Source of the DNA: Paramoeba atlantica
Taxonomy: Eukaryota; Protista; Discosea
Direction of reading: 5' to 3'
Assembly: GCA_977017575.1 (NCBI GenBank)
Contig: CDRNVI010000003.1
Span: 434,001 to 498,000 of the forward strand
Length of the DNA stretch: 64,000 nt
Numbering within the stretch: position 1 is the first letter of the stretch; each line of letters starts with the position of its first letter. Below the pieces are notes generated by a model. It was not told the origin of the DNA, did not search any database, and saw nothing but the letters and a program-made list of their open reading frames with translations. Of this stretch, positions 18,755 through 27,972 are shown in pieces. The position numbers were made by a program, and so were the translations under genes.

Positions 18755-20344
18755 TTATGAAACTTTAGACAATAAAACACTTTTATTACACAAAACTGCT
18801 ACATTTAGAAGAATAGGAAGCAAAGTAAATCTCAATTCGCTCGAGGATAACACGACAGCTTGATTCCCCCATGTCTTCTCCCAGCTCATAGGGTATCCTT
18901 CTTTTTCCCAAAAAGCAAGTACCGTGTCGTAAACCGCACGTATCACAGAAAAATGGGACAATGTATCGTAACAAATGCCCGTTCTATTATCCCGATACCG
19001 AAAGAAAATATCATGCTCAAAAAAATTCCAAGAATTCTTTGACATGCAGTTATTGATCCATTCTCTTGAGTTTATATGGACAGTACATGTCACAATCTTC
19101 TTGGACTTGTTTGTTGCCTGACTCTCATTATGATGTGTGGGATAAGCATTCCTATTATTTTGACCGGGTGAATCAACCACTCTTCGGGCAGCAAAATCGT
19201 CGCGATATTGACCAGAAAGATACACTCTTATTTCGTATGGAAGACTATACATTTCTTTAGAATTTTGATCGCCATCGTATTTATATTTTGTGTGTTCAGT
19301 ATTTTTTCTAGAATGATCTGTTTCTGAATTGTTCGATTGCTTTTCCATTCGCAGACTATTTAAGAATTTTATGGCATCAAAATTTCTCCAAGATACATAA
19401 CCAAGCTCAACAAGGTCGGCAGTTTTTGGATGCGCGTAGATCGAGCTGTATTCTTCAGAGCTCATTGGAAAAGTAATTAACGTATTCGATGAACACTTCT
19501 TATACCATGTCTTAGTCTTGGTGGAACACAGAATGTCATTTCGTCTTCCAGAGAACTGCGCATCACACTTGGTCCTTCTTTTAAGCAAGTACTCATCAGC
19601 TGATTGCTCCAACTCATCACAATTTCTGTCCCCAAGTGTGTTGATGTTTAGCTCCCGGACCTCGGCAGCATGCGCTAGGCGTTTTTCTTGAGTAATTGGC
19701 TCCTTGTGCTTCAAGTCAGAATGTTTTTCTCTAATATTTCCAGTATGCCATCTTTCTGCTGCGACGGAAGCTGCTAGTGTGTGGTAACGAGATGATTTTC
19801 GCTCTTGGCAATCTCGATTTCTCCCAAGAAAATACGATTGCTTCTCCGTTTTTCTACTGCCCTTTTTCTCCTCTTCACGCTTTCGCTTAAGCCGTTTTTG
19901 AATAATTCGATCCAAACGTTCCTTTTTTGATTTCTGTTCTCTTTCAGGTTCACCCGAGTCACTCGATGTGCTCGAATTTGTTAAACCATTTTTTTGCACC
20001 AATGTCCTATCAACACCACGCACCTCGTCATCGAAGTCGCTGTCATAGCTATCATATGCAGCACTTGAATTGCTTGCGCTATATTCTGAATCGTTCCCGG
20101 AACTGTTTTTTAAAGAGTCTTCTCTATCTCCCGAACTAGACTCACTGCTTTCTTCAATCTTTAATCCAGAGAAAAGACTTTTCTCGTACCTTGATCCCTC
20201 TTTTACCTTTTCAAGTAATGCACCGAGGCGAGCACCCCGTTGACTGCGGGCAGGAAGAACTCTTCTTAGAGGAGATACAGAAAGCTCATCATCAGAACAA
20301 AAAGTAGCCGTAGATGTCGAGTAGGACTCTTCTGACGTCATCAA
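18755..20344 (-). CDS. VPS72: Vps72/YL1 (SWC2)-like SWR1 complex subunit
   Basis: RRVLPARSQRGARLGALLE, YDSDFDDE, ITQEKRLAHAAEVRELN, and YL1_C-like FRYRDNRTGICYDTLSHFSVIR. Confidence 0.7.
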   Translation of the reverse strand: MMTSEESYSTSTATFCSDDELSVSPLRRVLPARSQRGARLGALLEKVKEGSRYEKSLFSGLKIEESSESSSGDREDSLKNSSGNDSEYSASNSSAAYDSYDSDFDDEVRGVDRTLVQKNGLTNSSTSSDSGEPEREQKSKKERLDRIIQKRLKRKREEEKKGSRKTEKQSYFLGRNRDCQERKSSRYHTLAASVAAERWHTGNIREKHSDLKHKEPITQEKRLAHAAEVRELNINTLGDRNCDELEQSADEYLLKRRTKCDAQFSGRRNDILCSTKTKTWYKKCSSNTLITFPMSSEEYSSIYAHPKTADLVELGYVSWRNFDAIKFLNSLRMEKQSNNSETDHSRKNTEHTKYKYDGDQNSKEMYSLPYEIRVYLSGQYRDDFAARRVVDSPGQNNRNAYPTHHNESQATNKSKKIVTCTVHINSREWINNCMSKNSWNFFEHDIFFRYRDNRTGICYDTLSHFSVIRAVYDTVLAFWEKEGYPMSWEKTWGNQAVVLSSSELRFTLLPILLNVAVLCNKSVLLSKVS

Positions 20345-20566
20345 ACAAAGTTTACACCGTATTATTCACGAGATTGACTTGAACCATTGCTTTCGAGATA
20401 GTCAAAGTATGAAAATTTCAAGGGGCATAGAGCTTGAAACATAATCTTGAAATATGCGCTGAAATTCTTGGCCCGAACAATTACCCAATGTGATATTTCA
20501 CATTCAAGTACGTATAATGGCCTCTCATTTTTCAATGTTTTTTCACTATTTTTTACGAGTCAATTT

Positions 20567-20755
20567 GGGATAGGCAGTGAAAATATAGTTAAAAAAGGTG
20601 CTTTGTTTTGTAATCCCCTTTTTCTGTCGCATGCGTCTACGAAAGTACTAATTTCCAAAGGTCCCAGAAAAACTCTTTTTTCAATCAATAAAAAAAAAAT
20701 ACCAAACCTTTCTAAAAAAAGTGATTTTTTACTCCATTTTCACTGCCTTTGACCC
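20567..20755. mobile_element. Merlin-type MITE (189 bp)
   Basis: 8-bp direct repeat GTCAATTT at 20559-20566 and 20756-20763; ends GGG...CCC; perfect 13-bp inverted repeat AGGCAGTGAAAAT (20572-20584) / ATTTTCACTGCCT (20736-20748). Confidence 0.7.
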
Positions 20756-21422
20756 GTCAATTTAGTTAAGTTTAGTCCAGAAACTAAACAAATCATAAAA
20801 AATGTGCATATGAAGGTAGGAGAAACTAAACAAACATTTACTATTTATTAGAAAACCCCTATATATTTTTGTTTCTCCTTTTTCGCTCTTTTTGACGTGA
20901 GTGCAAATCTCTGTTGCGTGTATCCTTTCCGCCTGATTCTTTTGCTTTAGCTGAGCGTTCGTTGATTTAAAGTACGTCCTCTGTGACTTTGACCCCTGCG
21001 CAGAACATTTTCCTATCCGGCTAACGCCTTTTTGGTAACGCCTCTTGAGGGGTTGAAGAAGTTCATCCAATTGATTGATCCTCTGCGGACCAAGAAAAGT
21101 TCCTCAATGCAATTATCATTGTTGGAACAAATATTAAACGACATAGGATTACAGGGGGGAATGAAGTTGTGTCAACAAAAGCCCAGACAGAAATCTGTGC
21201 TAAAAAAATAAAAATGCGCCGCAAGCGAAATTCTCCTTCTTGATTAAATTTTTATATCTTTTCTCTGAAGTTTGTGTTCTTTTTAGTTTTATTTGGGAAA
21301 ATGCTCTGCCACTGCCATCCCGCTGATGGTACAGACGCCGACCAACTAGTTCTCCGAAAGCTTTTGAGACCTTCAAAACGGGGAACCTGAGTTAACCTTT
21401 TAGGTACGAATCTTAGGAAATA

Positions 21423-21530
21423 GGTGATTTTGATATTAACCCGCCGACGCTTTAATAACAAACCTCTTGGGGCGGACACTTTAATATCAAAATTACCAGC
21501 TTAATATCAAACTTTGATTTTGATATTGGA
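21423..21530. repeat. Inverted-repeat cluster (transposon-end-like)
   Basis: GGTGATTTTGATATTAA (21423-21439) vs TTAATATCAAAATTACC (21481-21497), 16/17 complementary; further AATATCAAA/TTTGATATT copies follow. Confidence 0.6.
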
Positions 21531-21848
21531 GTGACCCCCGGTTTATACCAACAATTTCGTACTTGTGATCGTCCTTGGACATATCATAACTGTGTATGCG
21601 GTCGTATTACCCTCACGCGGCTCGGGGCAACATCCATTCATTTAAAAGACACGCATAGCTGAACTTTTGTGTTTATCTCCACGAACGTACATCATTTCTT
21701 ATGTGTCCTGCGAGCAACAGGCCCCCGGTGAGAATAATTGCGCTGTTCACGTCGTGAACAACTTGTACCGTCCTTCGTTCAACAATGACGCGAAAGATGT
21801 CTTGTCCGAAATATCTTTCGAAATTGTTCGAAATATCCTTTTGAGATA

Positions 21849-21916
21849 TTTTTGACCCGCCGACTTAAGCCCAATTTTCGGTCAAAACCCGGTTGCGTTT
21901 AAGTGGTAGCGGACAG
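21849..21916. mobile_element. Orphan terminal fragment of the TA-flanked TIR family
   Basis: Aligns with the reverse complement of ~49071-49139 and ends GGACAG|TA. Confidence 0.75.
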
Positions 21917-22039
21917 TATCATAAAAAGCTACTCAAGCACCGATCCCGACCGATCCCACCCGATAAGTGACAGGGTCCTCCAGGTTTCATCCCTCTTACT
22001 CTCGAACTTTGATCGAAATGGCTTCCGATTGAACATCCA

Positions 22040-22370
22040 GGACATTGGTCCAAACTTTTCGGAACTTGCTTCTGGGGGGCGCACGAGAATTCGGATGGAG
22101 GGGACGCGGTACAAAATTCAACTCGGGAACGAGTTCCAGTGGCAATGCGTAAATCACCGTCGGTAGTGGGTGACACCGGAAGGTGTGCACATCAATACCA
22201 TAGAATGTGCTAATTCAATGGGGAAGAAGAGATAGGAGCCTGAAGCGAGTGTTTTAAAGGGAAGAAAAAAGAGTGCAAGCAATCACCGAAAAGTGCAACG
22301 CGAGTCTCCGCTATGGAAGGGAAGTATTGCTGCTTGTTCTTCAAATTTTACAAGAAAAACGCACTTGGAT
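22040..22370 (+). pseudogene. Degenerate Merlin/IS1595-like transposase fragment
   Basis: ELASGGRTRI...VNHRR*WVTPEGVHINTIECANS is colinear with DLASGGRTRIWTD...VNHRREWIAEEGVHTNTVECANS of the 24-kb copy; contains stops and frameshifts. Confidence 0.8.
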
Positions 22371-22569
22371 TCATTTTACGTTAAGTATCTCAAGGAAACA
22401 GTAGCTATTAAAGCAATAAGGATTGAACTTTAATTATTTCATTACTCACGTTTACCAGAAAGGTAGTGACAAATAATTAAACGGGGACAGTTCAATGAAA
22501 AGAGGGCAAGTCCAACAAGCTTCCTGATTAGATTAAGGAAGATCCTTTTAGTTTCTGTTACACTAGTGT

Positions 22570-23718
22570 TCAACATAAACATCGGCGATGAACAATATCA
22601 GGCCCATGTTCCATGTATTCTAGCCTAGACACTTGATAAGAAATGAATGTTTTTAGTTGAGAGGCGATGGACCCTCCAGTCCAGACCGTGTACTCTGGGT
22701 GAAGAGAATCACAAAAAATATCTGGACGAAACTGTATTGATTCGTTTCCCCTAAAAGCCCCTCTTGTAAGAAATGAAGGAGTCCAAGGCGCTTGAAGCTC
22801 AAAGCGCAACCGCGGAATCATTCCTCGAATGGCAGATCCTCCTCCACAAACTACTATACTAGGTGAAGTTTCCAAATTTAGTTCAGACGGAGTATCCGAC
22901 ATGCCTAGACGAATTAATTCCGTCAAGGAGAGCGCCTCAAGATCTATACCTTTTCGAGCAGGAGACATTTTGCTACTAGTGTGTGAGAAGTACAATTCTC
23001 GAATTGATTGGCCCAGTCCGCATGGATAACATATTTTGTTCCCATCCGGCAGCTGCAAAGCACAGTTTTGCTGTTCACAACAATCGGGCGAACTCACGTG
23101 TGAGTTTACGTTAGGTTCTAAAGTCGTTCCTTTCTTCATCGTACACAATTTCTTTTTTATGAAGTGCAAGTTTGTCGGATCAGCAGAAACTTTATCCACG
23201 TTCCTTAAGATGAGTTTATCCACTGCATGACCGGATATGGACTGACTGGATTTGGTGTATCCATGCTGGACTACAGCTTCCTGTACCTTACTGACACGAG
23301 CGCTAGTATAACCTAAATCACAAACTAGCGAGGAACGTCGTCCATGCGCAAGTGATGCCAACAAAGGACTAAAGCAAAGAGAAACGTGTGGAGCCGCTGC
23401 CACTTCAAAATAGTGCTGACAAAGTCTCGAGATTTCAATGTAGCTAGGAAGTGGATCAATCGGAAGCGACGCCAAAATACCACCTTCATAGTGAATCGGA
23501 GTGGTTTGTCTTTTCTTTCTAACTGCAGTAGCGGAAGTAGAGCTGGATTCATTGAAGTCTATGTGTCGCAGTTGCTTTACAAGGTTATCGTCGGTAAAAA
23601 GCTGAAATGTGGGTGAATCCTGAGCGTCAGAACTTTGTACGAGTTCGACAACTTCAGGATAATCGTTCATTGAACCACACCTTAATTCGTAGCGACCTTG
23701 GTCTATTATGTAGGGCAT
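22570..23718 (-). CDS. Divergent actin-related protein (nuclear Arp-like)
   Basis: VCDLGYTSARV, VVCGGGSAIRGMIPRLRFEL, VWTGGSIASQL, EYMEHGPDIVHRRC. Confidence 0.8.
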   Translation of the reverse strand: MPYIIDQGRYELRCGSMNDYPEVVELVQSSDAQDSPTFQLFTDDNLVKQLRHIDFNESSSTSATAVRKKRQTTPIHYEGGILASLPIDPLPSYIEISRLCQHYFEVAAAPHVSLCFSPLLASLAHGRRSSLVCDLGYTSARVSKVQEAVVQHGYTKSSQSISGHAVDKLILRNVDKVSADPTNLHFIKKKLCTMKKGTTLEPNVNSHVSSPDCCEQQNCALQLPDGNKICYPCGLGQSIRELYFSHTSSKMSPARKGIDLEALSLTELIRLGMSDTPSELNLETSPSIVVCGGGSAIRGMIPRLRFELQAPWTPSFLTRGAFRGNESIQFRPDIFCDSLHPEYTVWTGGSIASQLKTFISYQVSRLEYMEHGPDIVHRRCLC

Positions 23719-23819
23719 ACAAAAACTGGTCTTCCTAAAATATTATGAATAAAAAATAACTAATTAAAAAAAAAGTAATTAAAATAACTTCCCTAAGGTG
23801 TATCAGCTACTGAAAGTTC

Positions 23820-25060
23820 GGTGAAATTAAAGCAAAATTCGCCTTTGTTGAAAAAAAAGGAAAGTCGTCCGCACTAAAAATAATTGTATTTTTTTTGTAT
23901 CGTATCATGTATTTCCACTTTTTCCTTTATTTTTCAGATTCATTTTTCAGATTCAGACTCTTCAACTCCAACACATGCCCTGTGAAGGATGCAACGGTTT
24001 CGCTTGCCGAGGAAATCTCACTTTGAGCGAAGTTTCTGTGTGGAGCGAATCGAAATGCAGGGAGTGGTTAAGAACCCATAAGTTGGTGGCTCAGAAGGTT
24101 GTATGTTATAAAAGACTACACAAGGCGCCCTATACTATGCACGTCACTGACGGGAAATGGAGATGTACTAAAAAATACAAAGGAATGTACGCCACCTTAG
24201 GACCTCTCGTACCTGGAAGGGCACAAAGAAGTGCAAAGCAAACATTAAAGTACATAATTTTGTACGTTCGTGGTGGACGACATTCGGATTCGGCAGCGGA
24301 GACAGAACTTAGTCTGCAGACCATTGTGTCTCTAAGGCAATGGTTGGATGAATGATGGCCACAGCTCATGTTCGCCGACGTATCAGGAATCGCGGCAGCG
24401 TTGCTTCAATGCAATGCGATGAGACATTTTTTTCTGTACGGAAGCGTCACCGAGGTTCTCATGGTGCAAGACGGGTGCGAGATGATGGTACAGAAGTTGC
24501 ACAGACAATTGCTGACTACTCGAGCGAACAAATTATCTGAAATGTTCATGGAAGTTGTACCTGATCGTAAGGCGAGCACGTTACTTCCTCGAATTGAAGA
24601 TCTGGCGAGCGGGGGGAGGACACGAATTTGGACCGACGGGGCGCGTCACAATATCCGCGTTGGTGGACGCTATAAGTGGAATAGCGTGAACCACCGCCGA
24701 GAATGGATAGCAGAAGAGGGTGTCCACACGAACACTGTGGAGTGCGCGAATTCGGTGGCGAAGAAGGGACTTAATGGAGAAGGAAACGTATTAGGAAGGA
24801 AAAAGGATAAACGGGCAGATGGTGTGCAAGCCAATGCTGAAAAATGCAACGACAGCCTACGGTGCAATGGCGGCGATGTAATGCTGCGCATCCTACAGAA
24901 TCTACAAGATCATTGTCATTGTATTCATTTGTAAGTCTTGTCCAAGTATTTAAGTCGAAAACTAGAAGCGGAAAGTGTTGATTTCATTGCACAAAATTTT
25001 TGAAAACCGGAAAAAAAGACTTTTTTTTTTAAAAAAGGCGAATTTTGCTTTAATTTAACC
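23820..25060 (+). mobile_element. Full-length Merlin (IS1595-like) DNA transposon, 1241 bp
   Basis: Perfect 8-bp TSD GAAAGTTC (23812-23819 and 25061-25068); ~38-bp TIRs starting GGT[G/T]AAATTAAAGCAAAATTCGCCTTT. Confidence 0.92.
23975..24934 (+). pseudogene. Merlin transposase with two compensating frameshifts
   Basis: Cys-rich N-terminus; CDETFFSVRKRHRG (D1) in the shifted frame 24352-24540; VPDRKASTLLP, IWTDG (D2), VNH, HTNTVE (E) back in the original frame. Confidence 0.88.
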
Positions 25061-25533
25061 GAAAGTTCTTCAACAAATCAATTCCCAAGAAAAATAAATC
25101 TACACTGCATGTTCATGGTCGTGTTGATTTACCCAATCGATGAGCATTTCATCTCACTGGCATGGCCACAAAAAGGCGTTTTATAGACCAGATCCAAATT
25201 TCCCTACTTTCAAAAAAAAACAGTAATGCGCGAACTTGTTTACTTGTCCGGAGGCAAGGTCTGACTGTGAGCTTAGCCCACGTCAGCGACACTTGTAACA
25301 GGTAAGTAAAAGAAATGACACTTGTAACAAACGGGTACACAAGATTTTTTTTTGTTTACCCGTTTGCAATCAAGAGGATTATCTCTGCGCCAAAGAGCGC
25401 ATGATAAACAAACGGCGGCCCGATGCGGTGCCAAGGGTTCGGCGAACCATCCGTTAGAGAGTGTATCGTACAAACGTTTTACAGACTTTTCCATATTCGT
25501 AAAGTTCCCACATTCACCAAAACAACAACAACT

Positions 25534-26349
25534 CTATGTCGCTATTCCTGAATCTTTTCGAGGATAAATCCGCGGTGCTTTCGGAGGAGCATGACGGCGC
25601 TGATAAGTCCCGCAGTGTAGAAAAAAACCCACGGGATGAGGGACAATTTCACTACCCTGAATGCGGAGACTTTGCAAGCTCTCAGGAAGAACTGTAAGAT
25701 TCATGATACTTGACAAACGATTTCCCCCAACGTGAAGTATGCGCAAGCCTTCATGTAATCGAGTAAAATCTGGTCGTCCAGAAAGATAGTTGTACTCCAC
25801 GTTAAGTTCTCGTAATTTGGGAGGTAGGTCTGAAAGTTGAAGATTCGATGTAAATGTGTTATTCTGTAAAAGGATAACCTCAATTGCAGTGTGTGAAAGA
25901 GTTTGTAGAATGATCGGACCCGAGAAATGATTACATGACAGATTCAACTCGCGCAAACTCGGAGGTAGGACACTCCAATCCAATTTTCCAGAAAACAAAT
26001 TAAACGAGAGATCCAACTTGCGCATTTCGCGTGGCAGATCGCCAAGAAACACTCTCCCTGTAAAGGAATTACGTTGCAACTGTAACGTATCTAAGGAGAC
26101 AGGCAAGAGATTCCAAAGGAGTGCTCCGGACAGCTCAAATATCCAGCATAGGCTAACGACCTGTTGAGCATCGTTGCAGGTGACTCCTCGCCATTTGCAT
26201 ACTGGCGTTGATTCTCCCCAAGATGTATGAAGTCCGGTGACGTTTCGAAGGAAGCTTAACAACCTCACTTCAGGGGTATCTGCACTTGGTGCCGTATTCA
26301 AAATAGAAAGTCGTTCTCTCGACGAAAAATGTTCGGGCGCTGTGCTCAT
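25534..26349 (-). CDS. Leucine-rich repeat protein with LRRNT cap (GP46/PSA-like)
   Basis: W..STPVCKWRGVTC cap, then repeats LxxLxLxxNxFxGxxxxxxLP. Confidence 0.85.
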   Translation of the reverse strand: MSTAPEHFSSRERLSILNTAPSADTPEVRLLSFLRNVTGLHTSWGESTPVCKWRGVTCNDAQQVVSLCWIFELSGALLWNLLPVSLDTLQLQRNSFTGRVFLGDLPREMRKLDLSFNLFSGKLDWSVLPPSLRELNLSCNHFSGPIILQTLSHTAIEVILLQNNTFTSNLQLSDLPPKLRELNVEYNYLSGRPDFTRLHEGLRILHVGGNRLSSIMNLTVLPESLQSLRIQGSEIVPHPVGFFLHCGTYQRRHAPPKAPRIYPRKDSGIAT

Positions 26350-26476
26350 GACCGATAAAAAGTGTTTAGTACAAACTGAAAGTGAACTGATAAAAAAAAT
26401 AAGAACGAGAAGTGTGCAATAGTCTTTTTTGGTACTTTCCGCTTTCCCACCTTCTGCTTGTCCCTTTTCGCCCTCA

Positions 26477-26596
26477 CCTACTTTCCCTTTACCGACTTCC
26501 CCTTACCGACTTTCCCCCTACCTGTTTTTAATGGAGTGCAGAAGTTCTTTTTTGCAGTACACAACGCTTTCCACACTTACTTACCACACTTACTTA
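26477..26596. repeat. Short pyrimidine-rich tandem repeats
   Basis: ~14-bp ACCGACTTCCCCTT-like unit x~3; CCACACTTACTTA x2 (26571-26596). Confidence 0.6.
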
Positions 26597-27058
26597 CACC
26601 CCCTTTTTTCATGTTAGAGTACAGTAATGCCTTCGAGCAAAATTAACCTGTCTAAGAACACGTAATAACGAAAAGGAAGATCAAAAGGCATGAGCTTACA
26701 CTGTACTTCTAGCGTACTTTTGTTGTATTCCCCACGACAGGGGATACATGACTTTCACATGAGATAATGCTTTGTTGGGGACAGAAATCGACATACAGCT
26801 GACGATTTTAAGCAAGCAGTAGGGCCCCGTACTGATGGAATAGACAAAACAACGCACACATAAAACTGAGCGCTTTTGTAATGAGTGCTGCAGTATCACA
26901 ATTGGCAAATCGACCGGCCCGTCGGCAACCAATCACAGACCTGCGAGATTGTAGCACCACTATAACGTTAAAAAGCTTACATGCACGCCCGGATTACAGT
27001 GCATGTATTTTCGGTCTTATGCAGAAAACTGAATATGAGACTGAAACAAGCAGCGTTA

Positions 27059-27808
27059 CTAGCATTTCTTAGCAACCCGTAATAGATAACGTTGGCGATA
27101 TTTCTCGATTTCACCTTCAGTCAATTCGGGAAATCTTAGGTTCTTATCTACGACGTCAATATCATTTGACCTCACCACTTTTAAATTCGACTCGTCGTAA
27201 TTGCTTGCCGATTGCAATACTTCGTGACGAATTTCATCCTCTGCTACACTTGAATCATCGGGCTCAGAAGAATTCCCAAGATCTTTGAGAATTCTTTGGT
27301 ACGCATCGGTGGTGAAATTGGAGATTGGCCGATCCTGTGAATTTTTCGTCTGGGTATCTTCCATTATTTTCTCTCTACGAATACGCTCGACGAGTGAACT
27401 TTGCTTGGATTGTTTTTGGAGCAACGCGCGCTTGGATATCGCGTCAATAATACTGCTCCTCTGTGATCTAGCAGGGAGTTTCCTTTTTGTGTCATCGACA
27501 GATAAATCGTTTTGAAGATAGTTGCTAGGTTTGTCAACGCTTTCTAATACATTTTCTTCCTTCGTTTGCGACTTCTCGTCGTTCGAAATGCCCACGGGCA
27601 CCTGTTTCGCAAGTGTAGCCAGATTAAGTACTTTTCGAACCGGCTCTTCTTGATGGGAGTACCCAACGTTAAAAAAATCTTCCATACTGGTGTTGAAAAA
27701 ACAGAATTGAAGGAGTTTAAGGACAATATCGCAAAAAGCTTTTATGCTAAAAGTAGCGAAAAAAAGTACAGTTTTACAGCTTTCAACTGTTGCATGTATT
27801 CCTTTCAC
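27059..27808 (-). CDS. Hypothetical charged protein (start may be at MEDFFNV)
   Basis: 249-aa ORF on the cluster strand; no recognised motif. Confidence 0.65.
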   Translation of the reverse strand: MKGIHATVESCKTVLFFATFSIKAFCDIVLKLLQFCFFNTSMEDFFNVGYSHQEEPVRKVLNLATLAKQVPVGISNDEKSQTKEENVLESVDKPSNYLQNDLSVDDTKRKLPARSQRSSIIDAISKRALLQKQSKQSSLVERIRREKIMEDTQTKNSQDRPISNFTTDAYQRILKDLGNSSEPDDSSVAEDEIRHEVLQSASNYDESNLKVVRSNDIDVVDKNLRFPELTEGEIEKYRQRYLLRVAKKC

Positions 27809-27972
27809 GTTCTAGTACTCCATATCTTAGGGCTACTGTATTGATTGAACTCATTATAGTGATTGTACTGTTAAACAAACAATAAATACTGAGTTTATTC
27901 TAAATCTAGTGTCTAAGAAATATCTATCTAAAAAAGTACATTTGTAATAAAAATTACAACGTGCACTGGTCC

